The notes: a model not told the origin generated them from the sequence alone. A stretch of DNA of 59,119 bases, filler included, from Sphacelaria rigidula (GCA_964200075.2; 5 parts of 5 records of this genome joined end to end with filler, not necessarily neighbours in it); one strand, 5' to 3'; shown: positions 1 through 12,847, counted from the first letter of the whole stretch. Numbers and translations are program-made.

Positions 1-199
1 TACCTCGACTCTGCTCATTCATTAGAAGAGGAAAATAAGTCAAAACAAACATGCGCAAACTCAAATACGAGCTCTTTTTTTGAACGTTTTTCACCACCAA
101 TAACAGGAAACGCTTTTCAACGTTTTTCACCACCCCCCCCTGCGTTTACTGTGACGACCGTTTCGAGAAATTGAGCTAATGTGACGAAAAATAATAAAA

Positions 200-344
200 C
201 AATCGAGAATATCGATTTTCGATATTGATATTCGATATTGATAAATATCACATTTCTCGGTTTCCTACGCTCCGATACCGATATGGCATATCGCCGATAT
301 TTATCGAAATCATATCGATTATCGATATTCGATGTGCAACACTG
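200..344. mobile_element. Probable right end of a hAT-like MITE with ATCGAT/CGATA subterminal repeats
   Basis: Dense cluster of atcgat/cgatat motifs ending in gcaacactg (reverse complement CAGTGTTGC, a hAT-type terminus). No partner end identified. Confidence 0.4.
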
Positions 345-782
345 TTGTCATGTGCACGCGTATTTTCCGCCCTCATGTTCTTTATGAACCTTGCTTCGAT
401 CTGATCGAGCTTTTGTGTCGTCACTGTCGCCTGCATTGCATCACCTTCGCCTGACCTACACCTGTTCACCCATAACATCACCGCTGTTCCTAACCAGCAA
501 TGATCGTGTTCCAGACATTCTCCATGTCATTTCGGTATTTTTGTTGCATATTGAATTGGGGCAATCAACCCACCATGATCAGTATGTACTTTGTTTCCGG
601 AGTCGCATTTTTATTGTGGCCATGGGGATTTATGGAATGCACATGCAGTAAAGCTTCCATTTTATTTCAATCTTGTTTGCTTTTCTTTCATCTTACACAT
701 TCATATTGTCTGCATCTCCGGGTGTCGTGTCCACCATAACTGTCTTTTGAGCCCCTCGATTGTATTTTGAGTGCTATATAAT

Positions 783-935
783 TTTGCGCCGCCGTCGTCT
801 TGCTCTTTCGAGCTGCACTATTTTTCGTTTCATGTTCTGGAAATTTGTATTTTATTTTGATTGTCTTATCATTTGCGCCGCCGTCGTCTTGCTCTGTAGC
901 TGCACTATTTTTCATTTCATGTTCTGGTAACTTTT
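783..935. repeat. Tandem duplication, ~88-bp period, 2 copies
   Basis: tttgcgccgccgtcgtcttgctct...gctgcactatttttc.tttcatgttctgg occurs at ~784 and ~872. Confidence 0.8.
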
Positions 936-2891
936 TATTGTGTTTGGCGCTCGTGATGTTTTTCTTTGACCGTGCGGGTGTAGGATATCCGCAGGGCCTT
1001 GTCTGTTGCGCTGCCTGTACTCATCATGCTTGAGCAGGATTCCGCTTGTAATCGTTTCATCTATCTGGTTCGCAAGGCCGAAACGCCGAATTTACCGCCC
1101 GGCACACGACATTTCGATCTGCGTCACGTGCTGTGAAACCGAGCCGTATTTTCACGGACCCCAAGACTTTCAACGCATACTAACCGTGCCCTCTATTACT
1201 TCCTCCCTTGTTTCACCTACACTCTTGCCTTGGGTGTGTCGCATCCCCATGTGTGAACCGACGCTGAACGAGATTGCTTTGGGGAGGACACGCAGGAAAC
1301 ACTAAACGGTTTGCTCATGACGGTATGCTCCGGCGTGGAATGTCAGCAATCTGGTTTGGTATAGCTAATCCTGTGTACCTTTAATAGGATTCTGGTGGCA
1401 GGGCTATTGCCTTGGTGTCACCAAACATTATCTCCATTTTTATCCCACTCTGGTGATCGGTTGTATGGTTTGCTATTCAATAGGTTGACTTCTTGACGCA
1501 CCCTGTACCGTAGTTGACTACTACCCTGTCCCTTCCTGATACCGTAGTTGGATAATACTTTGTTCAGTTGCTTTAAACTTGGCTTTCGATACCATGCAAC
1601 CACAAATATTTTCGTGCGATGTCTTGTCATTACTTATGCAGTGCGCAGACTTAGTTTCTCTGCTTTATCTTTTTGCCTTTCATGCCCAGCGTACCATGCA
1701 AGGTGACTGCGCGACTACAAACCGTGTCTTTGACAGTTCTTACAGACCCCACATATGGTTTTCAGACACTCATTCCGCTGATGTGGTCGCTGAACCCCCT
1801 TGGGGGGGGCGAAGCACGAGTTCCATATGTTTTGCTCGTTGTTGTCTCGCGTGCTCACCCATTGCCACAAAACAACGCGGCTTCCCACCATAAGAACGCC
1901 GCATGATCAGAAAAGAAATGCACAAGCTTCTTGACCGAGGTGTTGCTCACCCAACTTTCCCCGGCAAAATTTGTCGACTGCACGATTATATGTATGGTAA
2001 AATTTGCCGTATTCGCCAAATATATCTTTACTGCAGGGTCTCACAGGTTCCTTAGCCTGTTAATCGTTAATACCGGCATACAACCAGCCCCCTCCAAACG
2101 CGACGCAATTGCTCAGACGTCACGTCCATACAGTCGAAAAACAACGTTCATTTCTAAGCCCACCGGGTACCTTGGACAATTTGTCCAGGAGCGTAGCATT
2201 CTAGTCGCCCCGCTGACCGATATTCTAAATACGTAGGAAAGCCAACAGTATTGCTGTACGATGTAGGTAAACGCGCGCTCTCCTTTTGCTGTCAAACTCA
2301 TGTGCCATACAACTGCAGCAAGACTTCACCACTTGTGATTTCTGTACTTTGTCTCCGTATATTTAGTACAACGTACCTCACAATTATATTTTTATTTAGC
2401 ATGCCTTGTCTATTTTATTTTCGCCATGATTATGTCTACAGTTTCACAGGATTCGAGAACCTAGGGGGCCGGCTGCTGAAAAGGTTACATAATTGTACAA
2501 ATCTTGGCCCCAGAGAGAGTACGTTTCACGCACACTCTTGCGCAATCGTACCCTACCCGACGACCCGACGCCATGCTACCGTCTGACACGTTTCCCTTCG
2601 AGCTCTGGACTGGCCGTAAACATTACACACGTACCACCGCTGTCTCAAAAGCAAGAAGTTCCTTCCATATCCGCCCACCCCATCCTAAACACTCCATATC
2701 CGAAGTGTTTGCGTCCCACCTGCGTCCTACCTTGGGGGGGACCAAACTGGAACGCAACACCCACATTCCCCCTGACCCCCGAGTTTGTCCCCGTGTTGAA
2801 TTGCATTGCCTGTATCTGTCACCGTGTTGTATTGTTGAGAACTCTACGTGGTTTCAGGCACTGACGGGTGGGGAAAAGGGAAAGACTTCAA

Positions 2892-3400
2892 GGGGGGGGG
2901 GGTACTCATTTGTTTCGAGCATCCAAGTATTTTCTGAGCTCTTGCACTCTGTACTGTTTACAACTTCTTCACTAGCTTTACTGCATCCAAGCATTTTTTC
3001 AGCTGCTGCCATCTGCACTGTTTCCGGATCAAAGTATTATCTTAGCTGCTGCCAGCTGTACTGTTTCCAATTTCTTCATCAACTTCACCCTTTGCTCTGC
3101 GGTTTCTAACGGAAATATCACGTCATCAATAAATACCTCGAGTGCAGCGGGTGATAACGTACATCCTTGCGCAACGCCTTGTAAAATATCAAAATATTTA
3201 CATATTTTGGCGCTCGAAGCACCCCGCTCCCCCACGTAGTGATGCTTTGAAGCTTTTGCTCATAGGTGCTACCACCTGGAAAGGCTATAGCAGTGCCAAG
3301 CTGAAGCGCCAAGTGTTTATAATTATGGGAATTTCTTTCGGCGAGTACGATACGAAGATGGATTCTGGGAAAAGCTACCTCGCCGGGAACTCGAGCGCTC
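2892..3400 (-). pseudogene. LINE (non-LTR) reverse transcriptase remnant joined to the family 3' tail
   Basis: ORF 3029-3235(-) has GVAQGCTLSP..LEVFIDD, the LINE RT QGxxLSP motif. The minus strand ends AACAAATGAGTA plus a C run, the same terminus as at 12775 and 47378. Confidence 0.7.
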
Positions 3401-3502
3401 CAAGCTGGAACGGAGGAATCAAAGATAGACTGCAGCCATCGACGTTTACGTGTAGCTGTTGTGTGATGTGATATATTATATCATTGCGAGAGGAATGCGG
3501 TG

Positions 3503-3713
3503 GTGAAATAAGGGAATAAGTATATATCGCTGCACAGTACGTTTCAGTCATGAATTTCGAGTGTTCCTGTCTTTTTCTTTGTCGCTTTGTTATTGATTGC
3601 TCCGTGATGAAATAAGGGAATGAGTAACTATATATCGCTGCTACCGTACGTTTCAGTCATGAATTTCGAGTGTTCCTGCCTTTTTCTTTGTCGCTTTGTT
3701 ATTGGTTGCTCCC
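3503..3713. repeat. Tandem duplication, ~110-bp unit, 2 copies, possibly within the LTR/5' region of the gypsy element
   Basis: tgaaataagggaat...tatatcgctgc...gtacgtttcagtcatgaatttcgagtgttcctg...ttattg.ttgctcc is repeated back to back. Confidence 0.8.
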
Positions 3714-5272
3714 CATTTGGTAACATACGGGTACATGTGTGAGCGAAGGCGCGTGGGCTCTATTTCCAGTAGAATAGGCGTCAGTAGTTCTAGAAGAGCA
3801 ACCCTCAAAAGCTGCACTCCTGTAACTATTGATCGGTTCGTGGAAAGGTTGTTTTTAGCGAGGTTCAAGCCCCGCACTGCCCAAGAATCCAGTGTAACTG
3901 ATCCGGGGTGTCGACGCGCGATCAAGCTAACTAGCCGATCGTTCTCCAGTCTAACTGAGATCCCGGGAAAACGACAGCGACCGTACTTGTCTGCTGTTCT
4001 ACCTATCATCAGCCTGAAGTCCGTTCGCACCGTACTCTGAGCACGGTGGGCATCAAATCAGTCCCGAGCAAATATTTGGATCTTAGAAGCGCGGACAATT
4101 CACCAATCAACAGTAGTCGGTTTCATCCCTTTCGACCTCATGTCAGGGGAAACAAACCTGCCCGTTGAAGCATTTTTGTTTTACGAGATTTCGGTCCCGA
4201 CTACATTCCGATCTATAATTCACTGATAAGAGCATTTGGAGGCATTTCAGATCGGGGAGCCGAGAGAGTATCGTCCCGAAATTCCAATGTTAGTATCAAA
4301 GCTACACACAAGAGACGGAACGAGCAAGGAAACTCTACGCGCAGGGGACATGACACATTTTTCGTTGTTAGAGTAGAAGCTACGGCGCAACTTGTCCCAG
4401 TATATCTCAGAAAATATGTACTGTTCTTCCGCAAACTGATATGGCCCTTGATCTCGAGTCAAATTAATCCCCTGAAGTGACAACCATGGCAATAATTCAG
4501 CCGCGCATAGTCACGGAATAAGAAGTTCAATCTTTCGACACGTCCCAGGCGTTCCAAAGACTGATCGTGGCTCAAACAGTACAGTCTGTATATGGTCAGC
4601 GGTGAATAAAGCAGCTATGGTCCAGATAGCCAATTCATCTAAGAGGCACGCCCGCCATATAGAGCGTAACACTCTGTTGTCATGAGGAGCATTGTAGCCT
4701 GTTGTCATGCCGCCTCAGACCCGTCGATGAGTCCGGCTCATATTTCATCCAGGCTAAATCCAAATTTGTCCACCGGGTTGTTGGCTTTTACATGGACCAG
4801 GACGGCATCTTTCCTGGGGAGGGCATCACGTCCCTCACCCTGGGACAACTGCTCTTACACATGACCACTGGCGCAGGCCCTGATCAACCAAGATATGTGG
4901 AAACTGTCACCGATCTTTTTGCGGCACTACGTGCCACTTACCACTCAGATCCCGACGCCACAATTGGCGAGAACGACCAGGATGACGATGGTTGGACTCC
5001 AACGAGTGCCAACTGCAGGGGAACGAAGAAGAACCACAGGCGAGACGACGACGACAACGGCGGAGGAGGCTCACGCCGCCGCCATGGTGGTGGAGGATCC
5101 TCCTGGGGCAGTCCCGTACCGAACCGCCCGGTCCGCAACACCCACGGCCCGACCCGGAAGAAAACCTGAGGCAACTCTTCCGCATCTTCCACGACAGGCT
5201 GGAGCCGGTCTAACACAGACGTGCCCCCTTCGGGTTCAGTGACACCAAGGCAGGTGATACCTCAGTTGGCCG

Positions 5273-6790
5273 ATGTTTCGCGTCGTATTTTTGGGTTTAT
5301 CTGATACGGACACACCAGACCGTTCATTGTCTTCTATTGCAGCCCGAGCCTTAGCAACCGCTGCGGCTGACAAAGAACGTTCGGAAGATAGTACAAAAGC
5401 AACTTCCGATAAAGTCGAGTCTGCCCGGGTAGCTGCAATACAGAGACAATATATTCAGATGGATGTGAAAAAGCTTTGGCATATCAAAAACATGCGTGCT
5501 GTGGATAACGAAGAGTCGGGACAGTTTACTTCTGCCATCATCACATCCATTTGTCTTACCGTTTGCAATATCCTTCATTTGGTCCAACGTTTCGAACATC
5601 CCATTTTGGTAGAGGGGTGGCGGACCCGATTGCATAAAGCATTGCATAGATCCAACAGCCGCCGCTCTCCCGACACTGCTGCTTCTTTAACACAGATCAT
5701 CGACGGCTTCTTCGCCGAGATGGATCCGGATCGTGCCAAGGGGAAGACAGACCCGATATTGCTCTCTGATTTGGAGAGGCGTCTGATAGGTTACTTTGAC
5801 AGAAGTGACCAAGCGAGCGCTATCCAAAGACTGAACTCTTTTGCTGTCGCATCGGATGTCCCCTTCGCGGATTATCTTCGCGAGTATAAGCTTTTAGCCT
5901 CCGGTACTACGGGTGTCGGACGCCAAAATGGTCCGGGCGACGCAATGTGTCAGACTTACGTTCGCAATAGTGTTACTCAGGAGTACCCGGCTCTGATGCC
6001 GTCGTTGTTTCCGGGTGTCTTGGCGCATTGCGAGGTGCCTTACGCCTCCGTTGATGCTATGTGGTCTACTTTTGTACACCAAGAGGGTAATCTAACGCCC
6101 GCCATACGTGGCAAACCTTCCACTCCTCTGCGCTCACAACTCACGGTTGTGTCCTCCGCTTATGCCCAAGGGTCTCGCGGCAGGAATTCGAGTTCACCCC
6201 GTACTTCATGGACTCCCGACTCGGTTGCCGGTTCAGTTATGCACGTTCAGAGTATCAGATATGCATCTAGTGCGAGCTTTGATGGTTGGCCGCTCTCCGA
6301 AGAAACTTGGGATGATGTTTGTTTGACTTCAACAACGGCATTCCTTGCGGATGATCCCCATTTGTGGAACCCACTTCCTTCGTCTCCTGCTAGACGCAAC
6401 GCCTTCAGCAGCCATGCCAACCCTTGCACCAACTGTAGTGTTCAAGGCCACAGTATGCGCGACTGCGATAGCTCATGCATCAATGCCTTTCATCTCATGA
6501 ACCCTGAATTGCAGGACAATGAACCCGCGTGGCGCCGATGGCAAAAACGCATGCGTGACTATCGCCCACCTAATCGAAATTACCGCAATAACTCGAATCA
6601 ACGAGGCAACCATCGCTCTAATCGCGGTCGCCGGCAAAACAACAATAATGCAAGCCCTCGTCAGATCGATCATAGTCCTTGCGACAACAAACGATGCACT
6701 GATAGGCACCAGCAGACGGGCCCGACACAAAATTCGAACCCCAACACCAAAACCCCTGGTACCTTCACTACGGATCGCATCGACTCATGA
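5273..6790 (+). CDS. gag: Retrotransposon Gag-like protein, 505-aa open frame
   Basis: Exact CX2CX4HX4C knuckle (CTNCSVQGHSMRDC) followed by an R/N-rich tail, immediately upstream of pol. The true start may lie in the disrupted segment 4699-5270. Confidence 0.75.
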   Translation: MFRVVFLGLSDTDTPDRSLSSIAARALATAAADKERSEDSTKATSDKVESARVAAIQRQYIQMDVKKLWHIKNMRAVDNEESGQFTSAIITSICLTVCNILHLVQRFEHPILVEGWRTRLHKALHRSNSRRSPDTAASLTQIIDGFFAEMDPDRAKGKTDPILLSDLERRLIGYFDRSDQASAIQRLNSFAVASDVPFADYLREYKLLASGTTGVGRQNGPGDAMCQTYVRNSVTQEYPALMPSLFPGVLAHCEVPYASVDAMWSTFVHQEGNLTPAIRGKPSTPLRSQLTVVSSAYAQGSRGRNSSSPRTSWTPDSVAGSVMHVQSIRYASSASFDGWPLSEETWDDVCLTSTTAFLADDPHLWNPLPSSPARRNAFSSHANPCTNCSVQGHSMRDCDSSCINAFHLMNPELQDNEPAWRRWQKRMRDYRPPNRNYRNNSNQRGNHRSNRGRRQNNNNASPRQIDHSPCDNKRCTDRHQQTGPTQNSNPNTKTPGTFTTDRIDS

Positions 6791-6848
6791 CGTGCCGACG
6801 CCGGCGTTCAAAGGTCGTCCGCACCGCCTACAGCACGAGCGAAGAGTT

Positions 6849-7070
6849 TTTCAACACAGCCCGCGGAGCCCGTGACTGAGATTGCTCACCCGACTCCTCC
6901 GGCATTATCCAGAAGCGCAACTGACGGCCGTTCGAATCGACCTCCGTCTCCACCCTCCACACACATTTCAACACAGCCCGTAGAGCCCGCGACTAAGATT
7001 GCTCGCCCGGCTCCCCCGGCACTATGCAGGAGCGCAACTGACGGCCGTTCATATCAACCCCCGTCTTCAC
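6849..7070 (+). repeat. 117-bp (39-codon) tandem repeat in the gag-pol spacer
   Basis: tttcaacacagcccg at 6849 and 6966; the peptide PPAL.RSATDGRS appears twice in ORF 6872-7519. Confidence 0.8.
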
Positions 7071-7939
7071 CCCCCCACACACCGCGTATCAATTGTGTCA
7101 CCCCGCGACTCAAACGTACATCCGGCCCTGAACTTGGTCCTTCAGTGCCGAGTATAAGTCTGAGGTGTGGGCGGACCAACCGCCAGCCCCTGAGGCAAAG
7201 GCTTCCCTCAGCGACCGCACGCACAGGTAGTAGCAAGCCGTTTCCAGCTGACCCAAGTGTTGCTGATTCGAACTTGGCCATATCGGATCATGTAATTTCC
7301 AATCAGTTGGATCGAGGTCCTTCCCCGCGATTTTCAACACGCGCGGAACTACCTTTGGCCGGTTCTAATAAAAACCGCCCCAAAATACCTTCGGATATGA
7401 CCCCCCCAGCCAAGCTTGCCTACGGACAGCAGCCCACAAGTTTCGCTCGATCATGCCCCGATGCTGACCCCATCCACCCGACTGGACGCAGTTGTGGTAT
7501 CATCCCAAAATGTTTTTGAAGTTCCCAGACCATTGTCACGGCGAAAGAGCAAGCCCCGTAAGCATGCCCCCAAGGACGCGCGCGCATCATCACGTACACC
7601 TCTTTCGAGCGGAAATCCTCGAGCTCAATCTCTCCAAAATGCGACGGCTTTGAGTTCGACGGCCCTATCAAGCATCACGGAAGAAACAAAATCAAATACT
7701 TTTGACGTCACAACTTCTTCAATCGACGACTCCAGCCCCGCAAAATCTGTATCCCCCTTCGACGGCGATCCCTGTCAACCAAACAGGATCTTTTATAAAA
7801 TCGCCAATGATCACTGTAGCTGTGCCACACCTGGAAAAAATATACCGTCCACCCCCTTCGCTGGTGAGAATCTAACCCAATCGCGGATCGCCCGCCGTCC
7901 GTTTCTGCTGTCGGCCCCGCTGATCCCGATCGATTTACC

Positions 7940-10330
7940 TTGTCGGAACACGGTTCGGATCTTGTCGGCGGTAAAGTGCCTGTGGATCCGGCCACTTTCA
8001 CTACACGCGTCGCGATCTATTCTGGTCCAAACACTATCACACCTACGAAATGCGTATCCTTGTTGGACAGCGGTAGCCTGAAAGCATTTGTTCGAGAATC
8101 AGCATGGAAACATATCAAGCAGACTGGCGCTACTACTGCATCTTGCGAGACCACCACCCAACCTCGAGTATGGAGCGGTTTCGGTGATTCTACTGCACCC
8201 CTGACGACACAAAAATCTGTACGTCTCGGTGTGCAACCCTCTCACAACACCACTCGTTTTGCCAGCCTAGCCACCTGGGCACACAACGCCCCCGACAGAA
8301 CAATGCATCACGCCATATTATTGGGCAGATATAGCTATATGCGGTTTAATAAACGAACCTGCCGCACGCTTCCACCACCATCGCCACATTCCACGCCTCG
8401 TGGAGAATTCAACCCTGAACACTTGGGTACACTCCACGGTGCCCTGGTCTATCAAAAGAATACTCAAGCAACCGGAGCTGCTCACCACCTACGATACAAC
8501 GGTAGTGTTGGTATTACACTCTCCGACGACCCTCAACTTTTAGAAGTTGCACTAGTTCGACGAAATGGCATGCCAGCCCTTAGAGGTCATTATCTTGCCG
8601 AAATGATACCCCGTATTTGCGCACCAGCCGACACAGAAGATTTTGTCTCGGCGGGACAACAACTCCTCCCTCTTACGGGCCATGCAAACTTGGAACTCGA
8701 CGAATTTTTAGAAATCGCCGCTGCTCCCCTGATGCACATCCCACTCGAGACGAGCCCAACGCAACATCTCCGACGGAGTCAGTCCATAATGTCATGAACC
8801 TTTTTTCGTCCTCGCCTCTGCGACTCCTCCCCAGGTCCACGCCGTGGATCCTGCCCAGTCAAATTCCGATCCTCCTGCTGAAGTGCTTCAACGCTCATCA
8901 CCATATTCCCTGAATAGTTTTTGCAAATTTGGTACCAATTGCCGCCACACATGCGTGACATTAATTTTGACCTTCATGGGTCCGGCTGGGAACCGGCAGT
9001 CATCCGAGAGCTCTCAGTGATGTCCTGCTACAATACCAAGACCGATTTTCCAGCTCTAAGACGGACCTTGGGCATTGCAAAACGCCGCCCTTTGAGGTTA
9101 CCCTCCAACCCGGAGTTTCGCCGACCTCTTCTCGATCATACCGGACAAACTAAGTCCTTACCAAGAAGGTTAACGTCATCTTGGATGCATATTTGGGAGC
9201 GGGACTGAAACAATATATAGATATCCTCTCCTTGGGCCTCGCCACTTGTGGTCGCTCCCAAAATGGATGGAAAGATACGCATAACCGTGTATTACGAACT
9301 GTTGAACCGCGTCACTGTGGTTAGTAAACTTCCAATTCCCCGCATTGATGAAGTCTACGGCTCCTTAGGCGAAGGGAAAATATTCAGCACCTTCGACCTC
9401 GCTTCTGGATTTTTTTAGATTGCTATTCACCTTAACACAGTCCCACTAACGAACTTTTGTATCTTGTCCGGACTCTACGAGTGGCTTCGAATGCCACCAG
9501 GCGCTTCCACTTCCCCGGGATGCTTTCAACGCCTAATGCAACGTGTCACCGAGGGCCTCGAGCATATCATCATGTACCTAGATGACGCTATCGCTTTTGA
9601 TGCCTCTCCTATTGCACGTATCCGCACTCTACGAGAATTTCTCTCTCGCCTACGCACACACGATTTGAAACTGTCTCCACTCAAAGCTCGACTTGGTGCG
9701 ACTGACTTGAATTTCCTGGGGCATTGCATTTCGCCAGCAGGACTGCATCCGGATACAAACAAAGTCAGGGCGATGACTGACTTGCCGATGCCAACTAACA
9801 TTTCTCAACTTCGCTCATTCATTGTTGGGCGGACTATCCTACTACCACGAATATTTGCCGACTTTATCCAAACGCATTCGTCCCCTTCCTGAGTTACTCA
9901 AGAAAGGAGCCGTGTTTTTCTTCACAGCCGATATGGAGAATATCACCCGCGAAGTACTAAAGACGCTTACCGAAAATACTTTCCTGATTCGAAGGCAGTA
10001 CAAGATGGCTCTCGCCTTTTCCAACTCCACACTGACGCCAGCACAAACGGAGTTGCAGGAGGTTTGAATCAACCTCAGGTTGATGGCTCCGTTCGACCCA
10101 TCCTCTACATCAGCCGCATCACCCTGCCCAACTAGGCCAACTGGAGCCCGCTAGAATTGGAAGGCGGAGTAATCATCTGGGCCATTAAGCGCCTTCGACA
10201 ATATCTGTCTCATGTGTTCTTTGAGATTTATACGGATCATGGGGCACTCGAACAACTCGCCAAGGTTAGCGAACACAACCCGCGTGTATAACGATGGTTG
10301 GAGTTTCTAAAAGCAAACTAATGTACCATT
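7940..10330 (+). pseudogene. pol: Gypsy pol pseudogene: aspartic protease, RT, RNase H
   Basis: Protease SLLDSGS (~8060). RT SPWASPLVVAPK..LPIPRIDE..FDLASGF*..YEWLRMPPG..MYLDD..FLGH (9225-9730). RNase H LHTDAS..RPILYISR..LELEGG..YTDH..RW (10020-10310). Several stops and frameshifts. Confidence 0.92.
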
Positions 10331-11569
10331 AACAGTAGAGTTTACTACTTGGCAGTTGACAGATAGTTCTCGGAAATTTACGGCTTGTGGACAGGTGATG
10401 ATGAGTTTCAACTTTTGTTCTCGCATATTGTTCTTTCGCCCAGGAGCCACAGTATCTGGAACCACAAATGTAGTAGCACGTCACCTCTTTTCCTCATCGG
10501 CAGTCCCGGATGTACCGCATACGTCTCCTCTTAAAATGAGGGAGTAGCTAATGCAGTGGCTGAGGTATCTCAGTACGAGTGCCAGGAGATACCATTGGTT
10601 CCAGCTAACCAATCTCTCACACGGGCACGTCTCAAGACTCATAGCTATTCATCATGAACAATCACACATAGGTTCATCTATATGTAAACTGCTGATCAGG
10701 AACTCACGTATTTGACAGCATCATGTTAAATCTACAAGCAGCTCTCTTGCTCAGTACAGCCGCGGCGCAGCCATAGGAGCAGAACGTAGTGATGGCCCGG
10801 AGTAGCAGAGCTAGATCAGCGACTAATGCAAAGCCAGTAACTGGTCGAAGGTGCGTCGGGGGCATCTGGCGACGCCGGAACAATCATAACTAATGACAAT
10901 AGCAAACGCGGTAACAACGCGTTACGGAACCCAGGGTCTACGAACTGACCCGCGCATCGTGATATCTTGTAATGCCACTGAGCTTCATCACACTTCGAGC
11001 TTGTACGTATTTTACACACCGGACAGTTCTGGATTAATTTTGACAGCTCCGCAGCTAGTACTGTCTGACTGACTGCCTGCATCTGTCTGTTCTTATTTTT
11101 ATCTCACACAAATACATACACTCTGTTAGACGCCCTGCTACTGACAAATGTTTCCAGCTCAATTTTTCGAGCTGCCGTGCGTTATCAACAGCTGTATTTC
11201 GTGGAGTGGGGTAGGGTGGCGTTCACGACCCTTCGTCACAGGGAAACGTAGCCGTCTCACGTTCATTGATCTAGCTCAATATAAGCCCATCACGGTGAAT
11301 AAAATACAACTTCACGGGTCAGACTCTTCACGGACGTTCGGTCCGCTTCCCCGACGACGCATTTGCGCGGCTCCGTTGTAAGATCAGGAAAGGTGAGTTC
11401 ACGCCTGAAGTCGGCAGCTGCTGCCGTGTTGTATCATTTTAGTACGATGTACATATTCCGTACCCGCGGTTGGAACTTCTTTATATTTGAATATTCATTA
11501 AATGGTTTGCACAGCCTACATTTCCAAATTATGAGACAAATGCTCACTAGGACGTCGGAATCAGCAGTG

Positions 11570-11664
11570 AACAGTGGATCCTGAGAAATGGGGTTCACCT
11601 CAACAATGAGGTTGCAGTAGCATTTCTTTTTTGCAGAGATGACGCGAAACACTTACGACCGAGC
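11570..11664 (+). repeat. Arm of a MITE-like repeat (CAGTGGATCC terminus) at a contig end
   Basis: ~95 bp, closely similar to the reverse complement of 11846-11942. Confidence 0.65.
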
Positions 11665-11745
11665 GAAACCATCTACCCCCCCAAATGTTCGCAGCAGTTA
11701 CGCAGCTGTGGCTAGGTGCACCTAAAGACTGCGGTGTACACGCGT

Positions 11746-11845
11746 NNNNNNNNNNNNNNNNNNNNNNNNNNNNNNNNNNNNNNNNNNNNTTAATTAATTA
11801 ANNNNNNNNNNNNNNNNNNNNNNNNNNNNNNNNNNNNNNNNNNNN
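11746..11845. other. Artificial contig spacer (N44-TTAATTAATTAA-N44)
   Basis: 100-bp spacer with stops in all six frames, identical to the other three spacers. Confidence 0.97.
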
Positions 11846-11942
11846 CTCGGTCGCAAGTGTTTCGCGTCGTCTTCCCTGCAAAAGAGAAATGCCACTTCAA
11901 CCTCATTTTGTAGATGAACCCCATTTTCTAGGATCCACTGTT
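11846..11942 (-). repeat. Second copy of the CAGTGGATCC-ended MITE arm at the start of contig 2
   Basis: Ends ...ccccattttctaggatccactgtt, reverse-complement similar to 11570-11664. Confidence 0.65.
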
Positions 11943-12429
11943 AGGACGTGAAAGGGAAGCGGGCAAAATACAGTACAGACAGCGCAGGACTACATGTATT
12001 TTCTGCTCACAGTGTAACGTGAGAAAGACTCGAACGATGTGCAGCTTTGTACTGCCTGCACCGTCCATGATGAGTGTGTATGCAAAAAGCCGCTCATCGC
12101 CCGCACCCTACCCCGCGTGGTTTCGTCGCCGCGCGATACCGCAACGATGAAAGATGCTCGAGTTGAAACTTCCATCAAAAAGAAGTACATCATACCCAAC
12201 TATCGCGGTGTGTCTGATACCTGTGCCCAACTCGTGCTCTTTGCCGCAGAGTTGTGGTGGTAGCTCGGAACAAATGTTGTTAGGCTTGCATCGTGCGATC
12301 TGCGAACGGCGAGTGATATATATCTGGGGTGATGGCGGCCCATACCACAAGATTGCTGGTGTCCCAAAGGTGCCCTGGAGACAGTCAGGACACAAGTGTC
12401 GTCCAGAGGTTTGATGTAGTGCGAACTCC

Positions 12430-12661
12430 AGAGGTGATTTTACACCCTGGAGAGTATTGTTTCCCCAATTTTCCCTAGAGGCACCCTCGGAAAAATTTCA
12501 TCCTCCGGGAAATCATGTGCCCTCCGGCGACTTCGTGTACTACCCACTCCAGAGGTATCATGAACCACCAGATGGTACTTCATCCTCCGGAAAGCCATTT
12601 TCCCTCCAGAGGATGAAAATCACGAAAGAGGATTTTCAAAGAGGGGCCGAATGGCCGCGTG
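12430..12661. mobile_element. Partial MITE related to the CACGCGGCCATT-ended family
   Basis: Many tccggag/tccagagg motifs; ends aatggccgcgtg like the copy ending at 15995. Confidence 0.55.
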
Positions 12662-12759
12662 TGAACACCCCATTTCCCCCCTCTTTTTTTCATTTCAATG
12701 AGTTGTCGACGATTTTGTACCATTTTCTCCCCCTGAATTTTCGATCACCAACAAGTCAT

Positions 12760-12847
12760 GGGGAGGGGGGTGGCGTACTCATTTGTTGCTTGCCTTAGTC
12801 GTTTGACCATTGACCACGCATCCCTTTCGAGACGGAGCGGGGGGGGG
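12760..12847 (-). mobile_element. 5'-truncated LINE 3' end embedded in a poly(C)/(G) tract
   Basis: 12775-12829 is the exact reverse complement of 47378-47432 and reads ..APSRKGCVVNGQTTKASNK* on the minus strand. G runs flank both sides. Confidence 0.6.

Larger units (their letters stand above)
4699..10330 (+). mobile_element. Decayed Ty3/gypsy LTR retrotransposon (gag-PR-RT-RNase H), truncated before integrase
   Basis: Domain order is gag (CCHC), LDSGS protease, RT, RNase H. No integrase or matching 3' LTR in this contig. Confidence 0.9.

Noticed and set aside
2504-3109. 201-aa plus-strand ORF
   Set aside because: It runs through a G homopolymer and antisense to the LINE remnant, with no recognisable motifs.
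3457-4671. Candidate 5' LTR of the first gypsy element (tgttgtg...cgtaaca)
   Set aside because: No second LTR in the contig and no clear PBS, so the boundaries cannot be supported.
11790-11801. TTAATTAATTAA palindrome recurring every ~11.8 kb
   Set aside because: Synthetic six-frame-stop spacer inside N runs, not biological periodicity.
11570-11942. Apparent single MITE with ~95-bp TIRs spanning the first gap
   Set aside because: The gap is an artificial join between length-sorted contigs and there is no adjacent TSD. More likely these are two copies of an abundant repeat at which the assembly broke.
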